Notes: generated by a model from the letters alone, not told the origin. Counted from the stretch's first letter, positions 38,434 to 48,030 are shown. The stretch: 64,000 nt of DNA from Oligoflexia bacterium (GCA_043732305.1 JAYTHU010000062.1:1-64000), one strand, 5' to 3'. Program-made: numbers and translations.

Positions 38434-38906
38434 GGACTAAGCTTTTAATCCCGTTATTTTTATTTCTGGTCTGTTTTATTTCTTCCGTGGAGGCTCCGGC
38501 GGGAAAAGCAAAATTGAAAGTTTACTACGCCCATCCCCTAAGTCTTTACGACACCACTCTAGAAAAGAGCGACATAGACACGTTGACTGCACTTGGATTT
38601 AAAGTGATTAATCCAAATGACCCCTCTATTGAGAGGAAGTTTCAGAAGTCACAAAACTTCGGGATTTTTCTGGATCTTGTTCGGTCGTCGGATGCGATCG
38701 CGTTTCGATCCTTCGCAGGTGGCGAGATAAGTAGCGGCGTTGTTTCAGAAATTAGAATCGCCAGTGAATTAAATTTACCTGTCATCGAATTACCGACGAT
38801 GATTTCTGAGAGAGCTTTGACTCAAGAACAAACGATAAAATTACTAGATGATTCAGGCACCACCAGACATTGCGCCGAGGTCTTGAGTACAAAATTCCCT
38901 CTGTAA
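38430..38906 (+). CDS. Secreted nucleoside 2-deoxyribosyltransferase / Rcl-like N-glycosidase-fold protein
   Basis: Signal peptide (..SVEA); KVYYAHP, VINPND, DLVRSSDAI and SSGVVSEI..A....LPVI pattern. Confidence 0.65.
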   Translation: MRTKLLIPLFLFLVCFISSVEAPAGKAKLKVYYAHPLSLYDTTLEKSDIDTLTALGFKVINPNDPSIERKFQKSQNFGIFLDLVRSSDAIAFRSFAGGEISSGVVSEIRIASELNLPVIELPTMISERALTQEQTIKLLDDSGTTRHCAEVLSTKFPL

Positions 38907-38958
38907 TTCTTGGACACGCCGTTTTTTATGACGCCGCGGCAGTTTGTGAGCACGATGT

Positions 38959-41691
38959 TTAGTACAGCTCTTGTGGGTACTTAAGCAAAGGCATCTTAAA
39001 GTTTGCTTTGCTTGGATTGGTGAGCACGCAATAATAATCGTTGTAAACCAGACATTGTGCAAAGTCGTAAACGGCGGATTTGACTTTGATGGGCAATTTC
39101 TTTCTATCTAGCACCAAAAATGTTTTATCCATTTCCAGGGTGTCCAGCTGATAAGGCCATAAAGGTTTCAAATCAATCGATCCGTAAAATTTAAACGTTT
39201 GAAATATCGACATGTCATTTACGTAGCGGCCTAAAAATACCACATCTTTACTTTTGATATTTTGATCAAGCTTTATGATATTCACCAAGTTGAGTAGGTC
39301 TTTACTGCGTGTTCCAGCTGTTTTGATTGGTAAAGCCACAAATAGACAAAGAAATAATAAGGAAAGTCTCTGCGTGATTTTGGCCAAAGGAATTTTATAG
39401 CTTGTTACCAAGAGATACAGCGGATATGCCGCAATGAGTGAAAAGAATGGATAAAACGGCAAAAGGTAATGCGGGTATTTAATTATGAAGAAAGACAATG
39501 GAACAATAATACTTGCGGAGACAAACGCACAGAGTTTTATGATCTGTAGTCCATTTTCAGAGATACCACGGAAATTTGTGCGCGCCAGAATTATCGGTGT
39601 AAGCACAGCGGCCAAAACTGGAACTGAAGCCATTTGCAAAACCAAAACAAAATAAGCCAAATAGCGATACCAGTAAGTCGTGGTTAGATAGCTCGACTTC
39701 CACATCAAAAACATTGTGTACATATTTAAACCGTCAAACTGCAAAGCCGGAAGAAGCGGAACCATGAACAGTGTCATCATGGTGACTAGTGAATAATAAA
39801 AATGACGTTCCTTTAAAAAAGAATATTGCTTTTGTGTGAGTGCCCAAGAAAAAATCCCTAAAGGTAGACCGAAGATGATCGGCCCTTTCGTAAAAACTCC
39901 AAATGCAAAAAACATCGTTGCTAAGTAAAAAAGTTTTGGTTTTTTGAATGCGCGCAAGAAGCAATAGAATGAGGCGAGATAATACATGGTGAGGGGAACG
40001 TCGTGCATGAGAGCCCCATTCCATTTCGTAGCCCCAAAACATAGAATGTACATGACGATCGCAGCCAACCCGTAAACTTTGTCTTTGATCATTGTTCCGA
40101 TGCGAAAAACTAGAATGTAGGAAATAAAAGAGCAGATCATCGGATAGAGCCTAGCCGCAAAATCAGAAGGTCCCATTATTTTGAACACCCATGCGGTGAT
40201 CCAATAAGTCATCGGCATGTGATCGAAAATATCTTTAAAATAATATTTCGAAATCGTGAAATGAAAAAAATCACCCGTGAGGTAGATGTTTTTAGCAATC
40301 GCACTGTACCAAACAGTGTCGATATTTCCTCCCGGCTCCCATTTTTTAATAAAAACAACGGTGAAGGCAACAATGCAAACTGCTTTAAAATAGTCATCCG
40401 CAAAAAACAAAGACATTTTGCGCCAAGTATTTTTGATGAAGTCCCATTCCGGCGCGGCCAAATTATATTTATAACGAAGACCTGCCACGAGCGCGAGCCA
40501 GAAGATAAACTGGTGCATTACCTTCATGTCGCCAAAATTAAACTGCGTGAGACCGCCCACATGAAAAGCAACTTGCGCTCCCAGCGCAGCAAGGACCATG
40601 ACTTTGTCCCAAACCTGATCTTTGGGAATTCGTTGATAAAGTTGTAATGTCATAATCAAGAACAAAGCAATGAACGACATGTAACAGAAAAATCCCAAAA
40701 TGCCCGTCGTTGCTAACATTTGAATATAATTATTATGAGCATGCCCAATTAAAGCGTCACCGACGCCAGGCATGTTTTTATAGTATGAGGCCACGAGTTT
40801 TTCATTTTGCTGATAGCCCACGCCAATCCACGGATGATCGCGGAACATTTCCATATTGGCCTGCCAAAGCACTTTTCTCTCAGCGTTGCTACGATAGTTC
40901 TCGGAGAAAATAGACTTCGCACGTTCACTAAAAAACGGATCAATTTTGCAAAGAAGCAAACTACCTAAAACAAACAAAGACAAAATGACCATGACTAGTC
41001 GCTTGCTTACCAACAAAGCCATGATTGGAAGTGCAATCAATGCCGCAATCCAAACTCCGCGACCATATGTGAAAATTAAACTGACGCCAATGATAGCAGC
41101 GGAAGTGAGATAATAACTTTTTCGAAGCCAAGTGGCCCCACGGTCAAGCAACAAACCCGCCCATGGAATGCAGAGAATCATCACATAACTGTGACCGTAA
41201 GTGAGATGGTGATTAAACAGTCCGACGGTCGAATATCCGGTATGATCGCCCCAAGGCACGGGCATAAGTGCACGGTGATTATGCCTCCACAAATCTATTC
41301 CTGTGAAATGTTGCCAAATCCCATAAACCGCAATAACAGTGGCGCAGCCAAGAATGACTTCAATTAGTTTTTGTTTCTTGTCGAACAACTGAAGAATCAT
41401 GGGAAGAGAAAAAATCAGCAATAGATTGCGAATGCGCCCAAAAGAATAAAGGAGATCGCTGTCTTGATCATTTATTAGTAGGCCAATTAAAACAATAAGT
41501 GAAAAAACGAGACAAGTTATTTCAACACCGACCGGTTTCCATTTGATTGTGATTTTTTTATTTTTTGTTCCCCACAACCACCAAGCGCAGAAGCTAATCG
41601 ATGCACCCCAACCCGCAATTTCCATGGCGGCCATTGAGCATGTCAGAGCGATCACATAGAGGACAAAGAGGACTTTGATAAAGTTTTTCAT
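38959..41691 (-). CDS. Fusion of O-antigen ligase-like (WaaL/Wzy_C) and ArnT/PMT-family GT-C glycosyltransferase
   Basis: N-half: TYGRG, ER..LW....MFRDHPWIGVG, HAHNNYIQ.L.TTGILG. C-half: DTVWY..IAKNI...GD, DHMP..YW, FKIMG.SDFAARL, TKGP. Single open frame with many TMs. Confidence 0.8.
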   Translation of the reverse strand: MKNFIKVLFVLYVIALTCSMAAMEIAGWGASISFCAWWLWGTKNKKITIKWKPVGVEITCLVFSLIVLIGLLINDQDSDLLYSFGRIRNLLLIFSLPMILQLFDKKQKLIEVILGCATVIAVYGIWQHFTGIDLWRHNHRALMPVPWGDHTGYSTVGLFNHHLTYGHSYVMILCIPWAGLLLDRGATWLRKSYYLTSAAIIGVSLIFTYGRGVWIAALIALPIMALLVSKRLVMVILSLFVLGSLLLCKIDPFFSERAKSIFSENYRSNAERKVLWQANMEMFRDHPWIGVGYQQNEKLVASYYKNMPGVGDALIGHAHNNYIQMLATTGILGFFCYMSFIALFLIMTLQLYQRIPKDQVWDKVMVLAALGAQVAFHVGGLTQFNFGDMKVMHQFIFWLALVAGLRYKYNLAAPEWDFIKNTWRKMSLFFADDYFKAVCIVAFTVVFIKKWEPGGNIDTVWYSAIAKNIYLTGDFFHFTISKYYFKDIFDHMPMTYWITAWVFKIMGPSDFAARLYPMICSFISYILVFRIGTMIKDKVYGLAAIVMYILCFGATKWNGALMHDVPLTMYYLASFYCFLRAFKKPKLFYLATMFFAFGVFTKGPIIFGLPLGIFSWALTQKQYSFLKERHFYYSLVTMMTLFMVPLLPALQFDGLNMYTMFLMWKSSYLTTTYWYRYLAYFVLVLQMASVPVLAAVLTPIILARTNFRGISENGLQIIKLCAFVSASIIVPLSFFIIKYPHYLLPFYPFFSLIAAYPLYLLVTSYKIPLAKITQRLSLLFLCLFVALPIKTAGTRSKDLLNLVNIIKLDQNIKSKDVVFLGRYVNDMSIFQTFKFYGSIDLKPLWPYQLDTLEMDKTFLVLDRKKLPIKVKSAVYDFAQCLVYNDYYCVLTNPSKANFKMPLLKYPQELY

Positions 41692-41786
41692 CTAAGCCGT
41701 CGATCTTAGCACTAAAGTTCTTCCAAACAACAACTCAAAGAATTAAAAAGTAGCAGATTTGGCTTGCGCCACTTAGAATCGGCGCC

Positions 41787-43202
41787 ATGCTTTTCAACTC
41801 ATTTATCTTCATCTTCTGCTTCCTGCCTATAGTTCTTTTAGGATACTACGGCATTCCCAATCGACGGGCGCAGCTCTTCTTTTTACTAGGCTCCAGCATA
41901 TTTTTCTATGCTTTCTGGAGCGCGAAATTAGTCTTCTTTTTACTTTTTACTGTATTTCTCGATTTTTATATCGCGCGAGCAATATTTCAATCGCCAGGAA
42001 AAAGGCGAAAAAAACTGCTGCTAGTTTCATCCATCACCATCAATCTAGGAATTCTTGGCTTTTTTAAGTACTACAACTTGCTCGCTCACACCTTTCATGA
42101 TGTTGGCGGGGTATGGGCCCATCAATCAGGTTTATTTCCGATTTTAAACATTGTTCTTCCAATAGGAATTTCTTTTTACACGTTTCAATCCATGTCTTAT
42201 GTGATTGACGTTTATCGGGGAACATCAAACGCCCATGGCGATCTTCTGCCTTTCGCAGGGTACGTCACACTGTTCCCCCATCAGATTTCAGGCCCACTCG
42301 TTCGACACAACACCATTGTTCCAACTTTACAAAACCCTCAAACTTATAAATTTCATTTTGAAAATTTTTGGCGGGGCTGTTGCTTTTTTATCTTAGGACT
42401 CTCGAAGAAAATTTTGATAGCCGATCTGCTCGCCCTCATAGTGACTCCCCTAGTAAATAACATGGGAGCCGCTTCAAATTTGGAAGCGATCTTCACAATC
42501 CTAGGCTACACGATGCAGCTTTATTTTGATTTTAGCGGGTACTCGGATATGGCGGTGGGTTTAGGCCTGATGATGAACATCCCCTTTCCACAAAACTTTA
42601 ATAGCCCCTATAAGTCTTCGTCGATCACAGAATTTTGGCAGCGCTGGCATATCAGTCTGTCGAGTTGGTTGAGAGATTATCTCTATATTTCGCTCGGCGG
42701 CAATCGCACGGGAAAATGGAAAACATTTCGAAACTTGCTTTTGACCATGATTATTGGCGGCATCTGGCACGGAGCCAACTGGACATTCGCCGTCTGGGGA
42801 TTGTTTCATGGATTTTGGCTGTGCCTGGAACGCTACTTTAAAAGCCGCGGCTGGAATATCATTCCAAATAAATTCGCCAGGTGGACCGTTACTTTTATTC
42901 TCATCAACATTGGCTGGGTGTTTTTCCGCGCCCCCACTTTCTCAGTCGCATTCACCTGGTTGAAAAAGATTTTTCTTCTCACACCCCATTTGACTTGGGA
43001 TTTGAAACTTTTTCCGGAGCGCCACAAAGATAGATTTTTTGTCGCACTCATTGTCGGATTTCTTATTTGTTTTTTGAGCAAGAACACCTGGCAGATTAAA
43101 ATGAAACCAGGTTTTCGGATGGCTCTGATGATCGGATTGCTATTTGCATTAAGTTTAATGTTTATGGGCGATGAATCGCCGTTTTTATACTTTCAGTTTT
43201 AA
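41787..43202 (+). CDS. MBOAT O-acyltransferase (AlgI/DltB/PatA family)
   Basis: MLFNS..F, FFKYYN, LPIGISFYTFQ, FDFSGYSDMA.G, FWQRWHISLS.WLRDYLYI.LGG, GIWHGA and FLYFQF motifs. Confidence 0.96.
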   Translation: MLFNSFIFIFCFLPIVLLGYYGIPNRRAQLFFLLGSSIFFYAFWSAKLVFFLLFTVFLDFYIARAIFQSPGKRRKKLLLVSSITINLGILGFFKYYNLLAHTFHDVGGVWAHQSGLFPILNIVLPIGISFYTFQSMSYVIDVYRGTSNAHGDLLPFAGYVTLFPHQISGPLVRHNTIVPTLQNPQTYKFHFENFWRGCCFFILGLSKKILIADLLALIVTPLVNNMGAASNLEAIFTILGYTMQLYFDFSGYSDMAVGLGLMMNIPFPQNFNSPYKSSSITEFWQRWHISLSSWLRDYLYISLGGNRTGKWKTFRNLLLTMIIGGIWHGANWTFAVWGLFHGFWLCLERYFKSRGWNIIPNKFARWTVTFILINIGWVFFRAPTFSVAFTWLKKIFLLTPHLTWDLKLFPERHKDRFFVALIVGFLICFLSKNTWQIKMKPGFRMALMIGLLFALSLMFMGDESPFLYFQF

Positions 43203-43240
43203 GCGTCAGGACATTGGCATATTTATGTGGGGATACTCTT

Positions 43241-44251
43241 ATGAGTTATAAAAAAAGTTTACTTATTGCAGCTGCCACCACACTTGTTTTGCTAGGCAGC
43301 CTTTCTGCATTTAATTTTCACGTTGATCCTATGTGCTACTATCATTGCGCGGACATTGATCCTCACAAAAAAACCACAAATCACTTTTATGAATTAGGGC
43401 AGATCATCGTCACTCATCCGAACACCGAGGTGATTCTACTAGGTTCGTCACGAGCTCAAACAACGCCCCCACTTTGGATTCAAAAAATTCTCGACCAATC
43501 CACTTTGAATCTGGGCATGGGTGGAGCGGATCTTTACTCTAAACTTGCGGCACTTAACATGGCCCTCGATCACACCCGTGTGAACAAAGTTCTCTGGTTT
43601 GCCGACTATTTTGAGTTCACTCCGGAGATCACGGATATAACGATCAGGACTACTCCCGCAATTCGAAAATACTTAGATGAAGACCCACTAGTTAAAGGTG
43701 CGGTCGCGTGGAAAAGTCCATGGCTTGAAATCTTTGATCACAACACTTTGGAAGCAGCTCTCTATTCGCTGAAAAAAACTCCACCAGATTTGCAAAACCA
43801 AGGCAGCGGAAGTTACTTGGATTATGATCTGTGTGAAGGTCCCCGCTACAAAGGCGAAAAAACTCCGATTGATTTACAAAAAGAAAAAGATTCGGCGTTT
43901 GAACATTACACCAGGCAGATTTTGAATTCTCCGCAGTCAGAAAAAGAATGGGAAGTTTTTGGGAAAGAAATGTGGCGATTGAGTGCCAAATCAATAGAAA
44001 CAAGAATTGTTCTAACACCCTACAATCCCACGTTTTACAAACGTCTGGAAGCAGAATTTCCAGAGCAATTTGAGCGACATCAAGCATGGCGCAAACGCCT
44101 AGGTGCTTTGAAGATTCCGCATGTGCAGGTTTTTGATTTCTTTGGTGGGATTCCTGGCGATGACGAATCCAATAAATTTTGGAATGACGGGGTACATTTC
44201 ACATGCCGGGGCGCTATGAAATTTCTCACCCCGGTACTTAAAACTTTTTAA
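43241..44251 (+). CDS. Membrane-anchored SGNH-like acyltransferase partner (DltD/AlgJ/PatB-like)
   Basis: N-terminal anchor plus VDP; LLGSSR (catalytic Ser) and WNDGVH (DxxH); directly follows the MBOAT. Confidence 0.75.
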   Translation: MSYKKSLLIAAATTLVLLGSLSAFNFHVDPMCYYHCADIDPHKKTTNHFYELGQIIVTHPNTEVILLGSSRAQTTPPLWIQKILDQSTLNLGMGGADLYSKLAALNMALDHTRVNKVLWFADYFEFTPEITDITIRTTPAIRKYLDEDPLVKGAVAWKSPWLEIFDHNTLEAALYSLKKTPPDLQNQGSGSYLDYDLCEGPRYKGEKTPIDLQKEKDSAFEHYTRQILNSPQSEKEWEVFGKEMWRLSAKSIETRIVLTPYNPTFYKRLEAEFPEQFERHQAWRKRLGALKIPHVQVFDFFGGIPGDDESNKFWNDGVHFTCRGAMKFLTPVLKTF

Positions 44252-44297
44252 CGCATGAACACCACTAAATTTAAGCCGACTGCGGCCCGCAGCTTAC

Positions 44298-45584
44298 CTA
44301 ATTTAATTGCAATGCGATATCGTGAGCCATCGAAGTTGATTTACCCTGAGTAGCGGCATCGCCAATTCGGGTCATTTCTTCGTAGAGAGCTTTTTCACTA
44401 GGGGCAGCGTTGGCTGCCAAAATAGCTGGTGCCACCTGAGCGAATGCTTTCACTGCGACGTCCAAATCCTTTTCAGTATGCGTCGGCATAACCGAGCAAC
44501 GAATCAGAGCTTGACCACGAGGAACAGCTGGATAAACAACTGGAGTGGTGAAAATTCCAAGTTTCAACAATGTCTGGCAAACACCAAGACATACAGAATC
44601 ATCGCCAACAAATACGGGAATGATTGTGGTGGGAGATCCCATGGTGTTTATACCTAATTTATGTAAACCATTTTTGAAATAAGTGGCATTTGCAGATGCT
44701 TTTTTCACACGCTCAGGTTCTTCAATTAAAATTTCCAAAGCCTTCAAAGCAGCAGCAGTGCTTCCGGGAGCTAAAGCAGCAGAGAACATGAAGGAGCGGG
44801 CATTGTGTCTGAGCCAATCAATAAGTTCAGCAGTTCCAGCAACGAATCCGCCTTGGCTGGCCATAGATTTTGAGAAAGTTCCCATAATCACGTCGGCGGT
44901 TAAACCAAACATGTTGGCTGTTCCACGCCCACCTTTTCCGACAACTCCCAAACCGTGAGCGTCATCAATGAAAGTGCGTGCGCTATATTTCTTGGCCAGT
45001 GCATAAATCACGTCATATTGAGCAGTTTTACCAGTCATGCTGAAAACACCATCTGTGACGATGAGTTTACCGGCATCATAGGGTACAGAGGCCAAAAGCT
45101 CTTCCAAATGCTCAACATCATTGTGACGATAAACTAAGGTTTTAGCGTCAGAAGCTTTACAACCTTCAATGATGCAGGCGTGATTTTCACTATCACTGAA
45201 AATGAAGTCACCTTTACCGGCGAGAGCGGGAATAGATCCCAAATTGGCCAAAAATCCGGAAGCAAAAACAATTGTCGCTTCAGTTCCAAGAAATTCTGCA
45301 AGTTTACTTTCAAGCGATTCATGCAAGGTGAGATTGCCATTCAGAAAACGAGATCCCGTGCAACCGGTACCCCAAAATTTCACAGCCTCAACAGCTGCAT
45401 CTATCACGCGAGCATCATGTGTCAGTCCCAAATAATTATTGGAACTCATCATGACTAAGTTTTTTCCGTTGTGAGTGACGTTGTTGCCGATACTTCCTTC
45501 AAGTGTCCTGAAAAAGGGGTAAAGGTTGGCCTGTCTGACCATATTTACTAAGTTGAGACCTTGAAGTTTGGTGAATAATTCCAT
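44298..45584 (-). CDS. spt: Serine palmitoyltransferase (PLP alpha-oxoamine synthase family)
   Basis: LYPFFR, SNNYLGLT, GTGCTGSRFLNG, NHACI, DGVFSM, DDAHG and GTFSKS (PLP Lys); adjacent ceramide-synthase-like GNAT. Confidence 0.75.
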   Translation of the reverse strand: MELFTKLQGLNLVNMVRQANLYPFFRTLEGSIGNNVTHNGKNLVMMSSNNYLGLTHDARVIDAAVEAVKFWGTGCTGSRFLNGNLTLHESLESKLAEFLGTEATIVFASGFLANLGSIPALAGKGDFIFSDSENHACIIEGCKASDAKTLVYRHNDVEHLEELLASVPYDAGKLIVTDGVFSMTGKTAQYDVIYALAKKYSARTFIDDAHGLGVVGKGGRGTANMFGLTADVIMGTFSKSMASQGGFVAGTAELIDWLRHNARSFMFSAALAPGSTAAALKALEILIEEPERVKKASANATYFKNGLHKLGINTMGSPTTIIPVFVGDDSVCLGVCQTLLKLGIFTTPVVYPAVPRGQALIRCSVMPTHTEKDLDVAVKAFAQVAPAILAANAAPSEKALYEEMTRIGDAATQGKSTSMAHDIALQLN

Positions 45585-45676
45585 AAAAAAACACCCTCCG
45601 CTATAGGTGAAATTTAATTAGTTCTTAATAAAACCGAGATATTAGAAATACATCAGCTTAATGCCGCGCACAACCA

Positions 45677-46837
45677 CTAATTGATGCTGCACTGGATCGG
45701 TTCTTTTTTATACACTCGATAAACTTTATTCTGTTTTCCGCCCATAGCCTTGGACAGATCGTTCATAGGACCGTTATTAGCTAAAACCCAAGAGATTTCA
45801 CCTGTTTCGTAGGGAAGACCTCCGCAGACTCGAAACATTTCCCGAGTCAAAGCACTACCAATCCCACTCTTTTGATATTTCTTTAAAACTCCCAAAGCAT
45901 AGCCCCGAATTTTATCAGTGGTTTTAGCACGCCCAAAGTATCTCACCAAAAGTCCCAGATTAAGTTTTCCGCGACTCGGCTTGATCAGGTGGTTATAATC
46001 AGGAATCATAATAAGACAGCCAATTTCTTTGCCTTCGTGTAAGGCAAATATAACTACTCGAGGATCGACGAAAAACTTAAACATAAGCACCATTTCGTCA
46101 ATTTGGGCCTCTAAAAATTCTTCAAAGCCCCAATTTTCACTTAAAGCTTCATTAAAAATACCGGCGATAATGCGAGATTCCTGACGTAGTTTTTTCCCAT
46201 TCATCGCCCGAAAAGTCACACCAATTTGCTTGGCTTTTTCTGCATTTTCAATCATCAACTGTGGCAAACCTTCAGACTTAATCATCTGATATGTGAAGAG
46301 GTCCATGGCTTTTTCCATGCCTGTTTGTTTCAAAATCTGATCATACTCCTGATGATTATAAGTCATCATAAAATAAGGGTCCAAATCGAAACCTTCCACC
46401 AAGGTGCCAATGTATGGATCTTCTTGTCGAAACTGAAAGGGCCCCATCATCTCAAGTGAAGGATAAAGGCTATGCGCTTTGTTGATCAATGCTTGAGCCG
46501 CTTCAGGAGACTTAGGATCACACTCAAAGAATCCAAAGTGAAGTCTGGTTTCTTTTTCAACTGTATGAGTCTTCACTGCTAAACGCGCTACTGGCTCGTT
46601 GTCTTTATAAGCAATAAAAGCATGTTTCTGTCCCTGCCCTATCTTCCCAAGCATCATTTTAATATGAGCTTCGAGTGGCATAACGTAATGAGTTTTAGGA
46701 TCAATATAGATTTTTCGAGGAAGTTCTAAAAACGTCTTTAAATCTTTCTTAGTTTCAACTTCTTTGATTTGAATGGCATTTAAAGCTGAAGCGATATCAC
46801 GAGATGTTACGGGCAACTCTTGTGAATTAGAATTCAT
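45677..46837 (-). CDS. Tandem-GNAT protein resembling bacterial ceramide synthase (bCerS)
   Basis: I.EV....DL..F..LP..IY, FGFFEC, GP...., G.LVEGF...P..MM.YN...Y, F..A...NWGF, LGV...YQ..G.G, E.SWVL..N..M and KVYRVY. Start at 46837 (RBS AAGGAAG). Confidence 0.72.
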   Translation of the reverse strand: MNSNSQELPVTSRDIASALNAIQIKEVETKKDLKTFLELPRKIYIDPKTHYVMPLEAHIKMMLGKIGQGQKHAFIAYKDNEPVARLAVKTHTVEKETRLHFGFFECDPKSPEAAQALINKAHSLYPSLEMMGPFQFRQEDPYIGTLVEGFDLDPYFMMTYNHQEYDQILKQTGMEKAMDLFTYQMIKSEGLPQLMIENAEKAKQIGVTFRAMNGKKLRQESRIIAGIFNEALSENWGFEEFLEAQIDEMVLMFKFFVDPRVVIFALHEGKEIGCLIMIPDYNHLIKPSRGKLNLGLLVRYFGRAKTTDKIRGYALGVLKKYQKSGIGSALTREMFRVCGGLPYETGEISWVLANNGPMNDLSKAMGGKQNKVYRVYKKEPIQCSIN

Positions 46838-47012
46838 TTGATCTTCCTTTACGGTATTTAAATACGGCCAGATGGATAATAGGCAACCCACATCATTTGT
46901 CAAGAAGGTGAAACACCTAGTTATTATTTCATTCCTGTAAATTTCCAATCTATCTAGAATCACTTTAAACGCAGCTGGTTGGGTTTGAGCAAGCTTCAAT
47001 AGTGACAAATTT

Positions 47013-47028
47013 TGGCACAAAAGTAGCA
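47013..47028 (+). promoter_or_regulatory. sigma54 -24/-12 promoter
   Basis: TGGCACAAAAGTAGCA, near consensus TGGCAC-N5-TTGCA, 47 nt before the ATG at 47076. Confidence 0.7.
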
Positions 47029-47075
47029 ATAGGCGTTATATAGAAACTTAGAAACCTTTTAAGGAGGATCTCCGA

Positions 47076-47993
47076 ATGAAAATTCAAATCGCGATTTTAG
47101 CTGGTCTTTGCCTAATGGCATCATCAGTCTATGCGCAAACAGCATCAACTTCAGATGCGAGCACGTCGTCTACTAAACTTCAGGGACAAACTCCTTCTGC
47201 AGCAAAGAGAAAAAATATCGACGAAGAAATCACTAATAATCTTTTGCGTGCGTCTACTGGTGCAAAGTCTTTGTTGTCTTTACAAAGTACTTTCAATTAC
47301 AACGGATCTTCCATCCAAAATCCCACTGGACAAACTCGCCCCCAAATCAATCCTGCACAACCTCAACTTCCAGTTGAATTCACCGGCGGAATCGCCGCCA
47401 AATATAGATTGTCAGATCATGATAATTTAAGTGCGGGGATCAATTTCGGTTGGCTTGCTCCGGGACGAGAAATTCAGAGTTTCCAAGTTGAAGATCCAAA
47501 TATCACCTATTCAAGACCTTTCAAAGCTGGGGCTTTCCAAAACGTTTTTGAAGCTGTCCTGACAAAATATACTTCTGCTGCATTCTCCATTAATCGCAAT
47601 GACAACTATCAAGTGGATGTGGATCACACCATTTTGTATGAAGTTGCCAAGACTCATTTGCAAATCGGATTGAACATTGCTTATACAAGAGACACCTATA
47701 AAGGGATGTTAGGCTCGGGAAGTGGTCAGCCAGTCGACGATTTGAACGCGTACCCTTATATCGAATATGCCTTCAATCCAACTTTGAATTTCAGAACCGT
47801 TTTCAGAGGTTTTGGATACTACAATACTCTACAAGATTCTGGAACTTTCTATCACGAGACAGCGACCCAATCTGCTGGCTTAGGAATAGCTGTGACCAGA
47901 GATATCTTTCTCTATCCAAATCTACAATGGATTTGGGTGGCAATGTCGACTGCACAATCCAACGTGGCATTGGCGGCATACATCAATTTGTAA
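47076..47993 (+). CDS. Outer-membrane beta-barrel-like secreted protein
   Basis: RBS AAGGAGG; signal peptide (..VYA); amphipathic aromatic strands. Confidence 0.72.
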   Translation: MKIQIAILAGLCLMASSVYAQTASTSDASTSSTKLQGQTPSAAKRKNIDEEITNNLLRASTGAKSLLSLQSTFNYNGSSIQNPTGQTRPQINPAQPQLPVEFTGGIAAKYRLSDHDNLSAGINFGWLAPGREIQSFQVEDPNITYSRPFKAGAFQNVFEAVLTKYTSAAFSINRNDNYQVDVDHTILYEVAKTHLQIGLNIAYTRDTYKGMLGSGSGQPVDDLNAYPYIEYAFNPTLNFRTVFRGFGYYNTLQDSGTFYHETATQSAGLGIAVTRDIFLYPNLQWIWVAMSTAQSNVALAAYINL

Positions 47994-48030
47994 TATGATT
48001 TTGATTTGATTTAAAAGGATGAACAACACT

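Noticed and set aside
44298..45584. BioF or Kbl annotation
   Set aside because: Not formally excluded, but the SPT-like motifs and the bCerS-like neighbour, with no bio/tdh genes nearby, favour Spt.
46838..47029. 64-aa N-terminal extension of the GNAT ORF
   Set aside because: It spans the promoter region; a good RBS and ATG lie at 46837. Similar over-extended starts were trimmed for menE, menH, HAD, the NtrC-type regulator, purD, SGNH and arfB.
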